Shown one piece after another: positions 60,882 through 64,000 of a stretch of 64,000 bases of DNA. The DNA is from a virus (Duplodnaviria > Caudoviricetes). The first letter of the stretch is position 1; every line of letters starts with the position of its first letter. The stretch lies in the IMG/VR virus record IMGVR_UViG_2030936005_000025, positions 1 through 64,000 of that record, one strand, 5' to 3'. A program made the translations under genes and the position numbers. The notes beneath the pieces are model-generated. The model searched no databases, was not told the DNA's origin, and saw only the letters and a program-made list of their open reading frames with translations.

Positions 60882-62252
60882 TTAGTTTAGTGTGGAGATC
60901 TCCGCATAGATGTTAATGCGGGACCGGATTTGATCAAGCAGGGAATTGACAATGGTTTCACCCACTTTACCAATCACTGCTTTCTCTTTCTCAAATGCAA
61001 TTGACGCTGCTTTCTTCCACAACGCACTGCTTCGAGAATACTGGCCACCGAATGGAGCAATCGGGAATGATGGTGGAGTATAGCCCCAACCGCCAGGACG
61101 CTGCTCAGTTTCCAATTTCGGTGGTTCTTGTTCAGTCACCAGCTCAGGGAAGAATTCCTTGATGCTGAAAATTTGATCGCCGACCATAATGTCACACTGG
61201 TTGACGCGAACAAATGGAACGGGTTTGGTTGCCGCGAACATACCGTAGTCAATACGACGTTCAACCGTCAACATCCACTCACCTTCATAGTAGCCGGCGT
61301 AATCGGATACAGGTTCATACCCTTTACCGATTTTACCATATCCGTGAGCGACATACGGATGCAAATACTGGTTAGCCGCTTTGAAGGAGAACTGGTTATT
61401 GTTAGGCATGCTGTGCATTGAAATAGTGAAATCATTTCCACCCGATGCACGATCCATGTTGATTGACTTCACGCCGGTAATAGACGCGCCAGTGATATCA
61501 GTATCAGTAATCGTTACAGAGTACTGAGCATGCAGGTAAACGCCGTAAAGATGAGTGTCATCAATCGTTGAGTACTGATGAGAACCGCAGATTGTTGAGA
61601 ACTCGATACTTGAGTCAATCAGGGTCAACATTCCGTCACCGGTTACAGAGGCATTTTTCAGAGAGACATCACCCGCTACAACCAGAGATTTAGCAGAGAG
61701 CTCACTCGCCACAATAACCAGTTTTGGAGCTTGTTTGACGTGTGGAGTTTCTTCCCAACCTAAGTCCGCATTCATGCGCTGAGAAATGGTAAGCTTGGAG
61801 CCATTAGTGATGTAAATGTCAACACCAGCAATGTGGTAATGTTTAAACTTAACATCTTTGGAAAGAAGCTCGGCATGCGGGTTGGCATGATAAGACTGGT
61901 TGGTGTATCTTTTATGGTAAGAACGACCAACAAGAATATTCTCTTTACTAAACTTACTCCAGGTTGCCAGTCCCAGTTTACTCACTTCCTCAGGAGTGAC
62001 GTCACGACCTGTGAAAGTTTTACCTGCCACCTCGACGATACCGTCAGCCAAAAGTTCTGTGCGATAAGGACGAGAAACAGAATAGTCTCCTGCTGGCTTC
62101 AGGAATGGGATACCTTGGTTGTCCATGTCAAACGAAGCAGCTGGTAGTTCTTCTCCAACTTCTTCTTGAGCAGCGACTACTGAATCGAGAACTTTCTCGA
62201 CAACTTCAACCGGCTTTAATTCAACAGTGGTTTCTTTTGATTTCTTGGTCAT
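60882..62252 (-). CDS. Hypothetical protein, 456 aa, central beta-solenoid-like segment
   Basis: AAGGT RBS, short hydrophobic/Ser/Thr periodicity around residues 185-275. Confidence 0.7.
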   Translation of the reverse strand: MTKKSKETTVELKPVEVVEKVLDSVVAAQEEVGEELPAASFDMDNQGIPFLKPAGDYSVSRPYRTELLADGIVEVAGKTFTGRDVTPEEVSKLGLATWSKFSKENILVGRSYHKRYTNQSYHANPHAELLSKDVKFKHYHIAGVDIYITNGSKLTISQRMNADLGWEETPHVKQAPKLVIVASELSAKSLVVAGDVSLKNASVTGDGMLTLIDSSIEFSTICGSHQYSTIDDTHLYGVYLHAQYSVTITDTDITGASITGVKSINMDRASGGNDFTISMHSMPNNNQFSFKAANQYLHPYVAHGYGKIGKGYEPVSDYAGYYEGEWMLTVERRIDYGMFAATKPVPFVRVNQCDIMVGDQIFSIKEFFPELVTEQEPPKLETEQRPGGWGYTPPSFPIAPFGGQYSRSSALWKKAASIAFEKEKAVIGKVGETIVNSLLDQIRSRINIYAEISTLN

Positions 62253-62311
62253 GATTATACCTTTTTAAGAAGGTGAATTTTAGTCCACCTTATGGAGAGG
62301 GTTGTTATTTA

Positions 62312-62764
62312 TTATTCTACGATTGAGTTCTTACGCAGCAATTCTTCTGTGTCATGCACCAATTCAGCCTGATACATATTCATGGCGTAATTGATGACCT
62401 GAATCAGACGAGGGTCAAACACAACGTCATTACCCTGTCTAACGGTGCGTTGGAATCCGCAGTTACTCAGGATGAACTCTTTGTGTGACATATCAATCGA
62501 AGACGGCATCCACAAATCTTTCTTTGCAGATTCGATGGTGTCCGATTCACTGCTCGTCATGGTGGCTGTTTTCTTCAGCTTCACCATACGGTCGTGAGTG
62601 TCTTTGAGTGGAGAGCTTCCGATTTCTGGTTTACCGTAAACCTTTACCGGTGGTTCTACCTCTGCTTTAATATGAGAGAACCCGTGCTTACGAGAAATCT
62701 TGTTGTGAGTTTTCTCTTTAACAGAGAAGAACCACTTGATGCCTTCCCAAATAGATCTGAACAT
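62312..62764 (-). CDS. Hypothetical protein, 150 aa
   Basis: TAATG-coupled ORF. Confidence 0.65.
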   Translation of the reverse strand: MFRSIWEGIKWFFSVKEKTHNKISRKHGFSHIKAEVEPPVKVYGKPEIGSSPLKDTHDRMVKLKKTATMTSSESDTIESAKKDLWMPSSIDMSHKEFILSNCGFQRTVRQGNDVVFDPRLIQVINYAMNMYQAELVHDTEELLRKNSIVE

Positions 62765-63057
62765 TAGTTATACCTCACGTTCCATGAACCTAAAAACAAA
62801 CCGTTTTTACACATCACTCCTTGAACGTCTTTACCTCGTTCATTCTTACCTTTGAAGTGATACCCATACTGCTTATCAGGACAACCCCAGAAAGCCAGTG
62901 TAGAGATTTCCGCTGACTCGATGCCGTTAGATTCCAGGACACGTTTCTCTTCATCGCCAGGATTCCACACACTGAGGACACAGAAAGCCGCAATCAACCC
63001 GAAGAACAACCAGACGATGATTTTGGCTTGTAAAGAGATAGGACGACCTTTTGACAT
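62764..63057 (-). CDS. Single-TM protein with a small 2-Cys periplasmic domain
   Basis: TM followed by FWGC...F...G.DV.GVMC..G. Confidence 0.7.
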   Translation of the reverse strand: MSKGRPISLQAKIIVWLFFGLIAAFCVLSVWNPGDEEKRVLESNGIESAEISTLAFWGCPDKQYGYHFKGKNERGKDVQGVMCKNGLFLGSWNVRYN

Positions 63058-63066
63058 GATGACCTC

Positions 63067-63444
63067 TTACAGTGAGTCAGTTGCTTTACCGGCACGTAAC
63101 ATATAGACCGTACCTTTGTGATGTTTGCTATTCTCAGTTACGAAACAAAGAACGAAGTATTCATCATGCTGCCAAAACCAGAAGTAGCCATCACCTTTGG
63201 TATCCTTGGTAGGATCAAGTCTCTTAGCAGCTTTGTCACCGATTAAGAAAGTATCAGGTTTGGTATCCAATACTTCTTTGCTGAGAACACGATCTAACTC
63301 GGATGGTTGATTTGGATCAATCTTTATTTTATCCGCGCCGGTATAAATGAAAACCTTACCTTCGCGGACATAAAAGATTCCTTTCTTGTCCTTTAACAAC
63401 TTCAAATTAAAGAAATCCATTTCTTCTAATTGATGTACAGCCAT
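63067..63444 (-). CDS. Hypothetical protein, paralog family Y
   Basis: FYVREGKVFIY. Confidence 0.65.
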   Translation of the reverse strand: MAVHQLEEMDFFNLKLLKDKKGIFYVREGKVFIYTGADKIKIDPNQPSELDRVLSKEVLDTKPDTFLIGDKAAKRLDPTKDTKGDGYFWFWQHDEYFVLCFVTENSKHHKGTVYMLRAGKATDSL

Positions 63445-63451
63445 AATGACC

Positions 63452-63790
63452 TTAGTTGATTGTTGGACGAGGTGCGATACGCAATACGACCAGAGGGTTA
63501 GAACGAATGGCAGGATTCATGATACCGAGAATCCAACCCTGTGCGTTTTGGTTGAAGTAGATCTGACCTTCGTAGGTAAAGTCTTTAGAGAAATCCAGAC
63601 TCGCTGTCTTCACATTCTCAGAAAGGTCTTCATCCTGCCACTGATCTTCTTTACGAAGAGGGACAACTTCATAACGCTTTTCAGCGATATAGATGAAACA
63701 TTTACCTTTACGAACATAAACCTTTGCAGGTTCTCTGTTCAATGCCTGACACTGATACATGTCAAGCGATTTCAATTCAACACGATCCAT
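63452..63790 (-). CDS. Hypothetical protein, paralog family Y
   Basis: VYVRKGKCFIY. Confidence 0.65.
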   Translation of the reverse strand: MDRVELKSLDMYQCQALNREPAKVYVRKGKCFIYIAEKRYEVVPLRKEDQWQDEDLSENVKTASLDFSKDFTYEGQIYFNQNAQGWILGIMNPAIRSNPLVVLRIAPRPTIN

Positions 63791-63999
63791 TAACGCACTC
63801 CCTTACGTTTAGCAACAGGATACTGGTTACCTGCTTTACCTGTCACCACTTTCTTGTGACCACGGCCATTGGTAGAAATATCATGACCTAAGTCAGCTGA
63901 CTTAGGATCCTCTTTAGCAGGATTAAGAACTGATTCAACGGCATTGCACAGTAAATGTGTCTGGACATCTTTGAACGCACTCTCAGGAGGGATAGATCC
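63790..63999 (-). CDS. 3' end of a gene starting beyond the window
   Basis: Open frame GSIPPESAFKD...KRKGVR* with a TAATG overlap into the next gene. Confidence 0.55.
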   Translation of the reverse strand, partial: GSIPPESAFKDVQTHLLCNAVESVLNPAKEDPKSADLGHDISTNGRGHKKVVTGKAGNQYPVAKRKGVR

Positions 64000-64000
64000 C

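Overview
A 64-kb segment of a lytic jumbo myophage of the phiKZ/SPN3US-related type, probably infecting an enterobacterium. This is inferred from gene content, not from a database match. Plus-strand blocks carry mainly virion or late genes: an SF2 helicase, two head-protein paralogs with [SAG]-x-E prohead-protease motifs, two probable structural genes at 5.7-7.7 kb, and a fibre locus at 32.3-52.4 kb built around a 4664-aa Ig-like repeat protein. Minus-strand blocks carry early or middle genes: tdk, a GroEL-like chaperonin, a ClpP-like protease, DHFR, thyA, a HAD nucleotidase, a metallophosphoesterase, two GNATs, two minimal kinase-fold proteins, two LysR DNA-binding-domain-only proteins and many small hypotheticals. 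nrdB sits alone on the plus strand. A recurring promoter-like motif (6 copies) and many hairpin terminators punctuate the region. I saw no tRNA, rRNA, CRISPR array, integrase, transposase or reverse transcriptase. Best leads: (1) the fibre locus looks like a strand-donation chain: giant anchor protein, adaptor, possibly self-polymerising 414-aa subunit, then cap; (2) a kinase / LrhA-like HTH / GNAT / LrhA-like HTH host-reprogramming cassette; (3) three catalytic-domain-free peptidoglycan-binding paralogs; (4) a stand-alone copy of the fibre anchor domain; (5) a pseudo-RNase H; (6) a hairpin-occluded holin-like gene with an upstream ORF. All alignments were done by eye.
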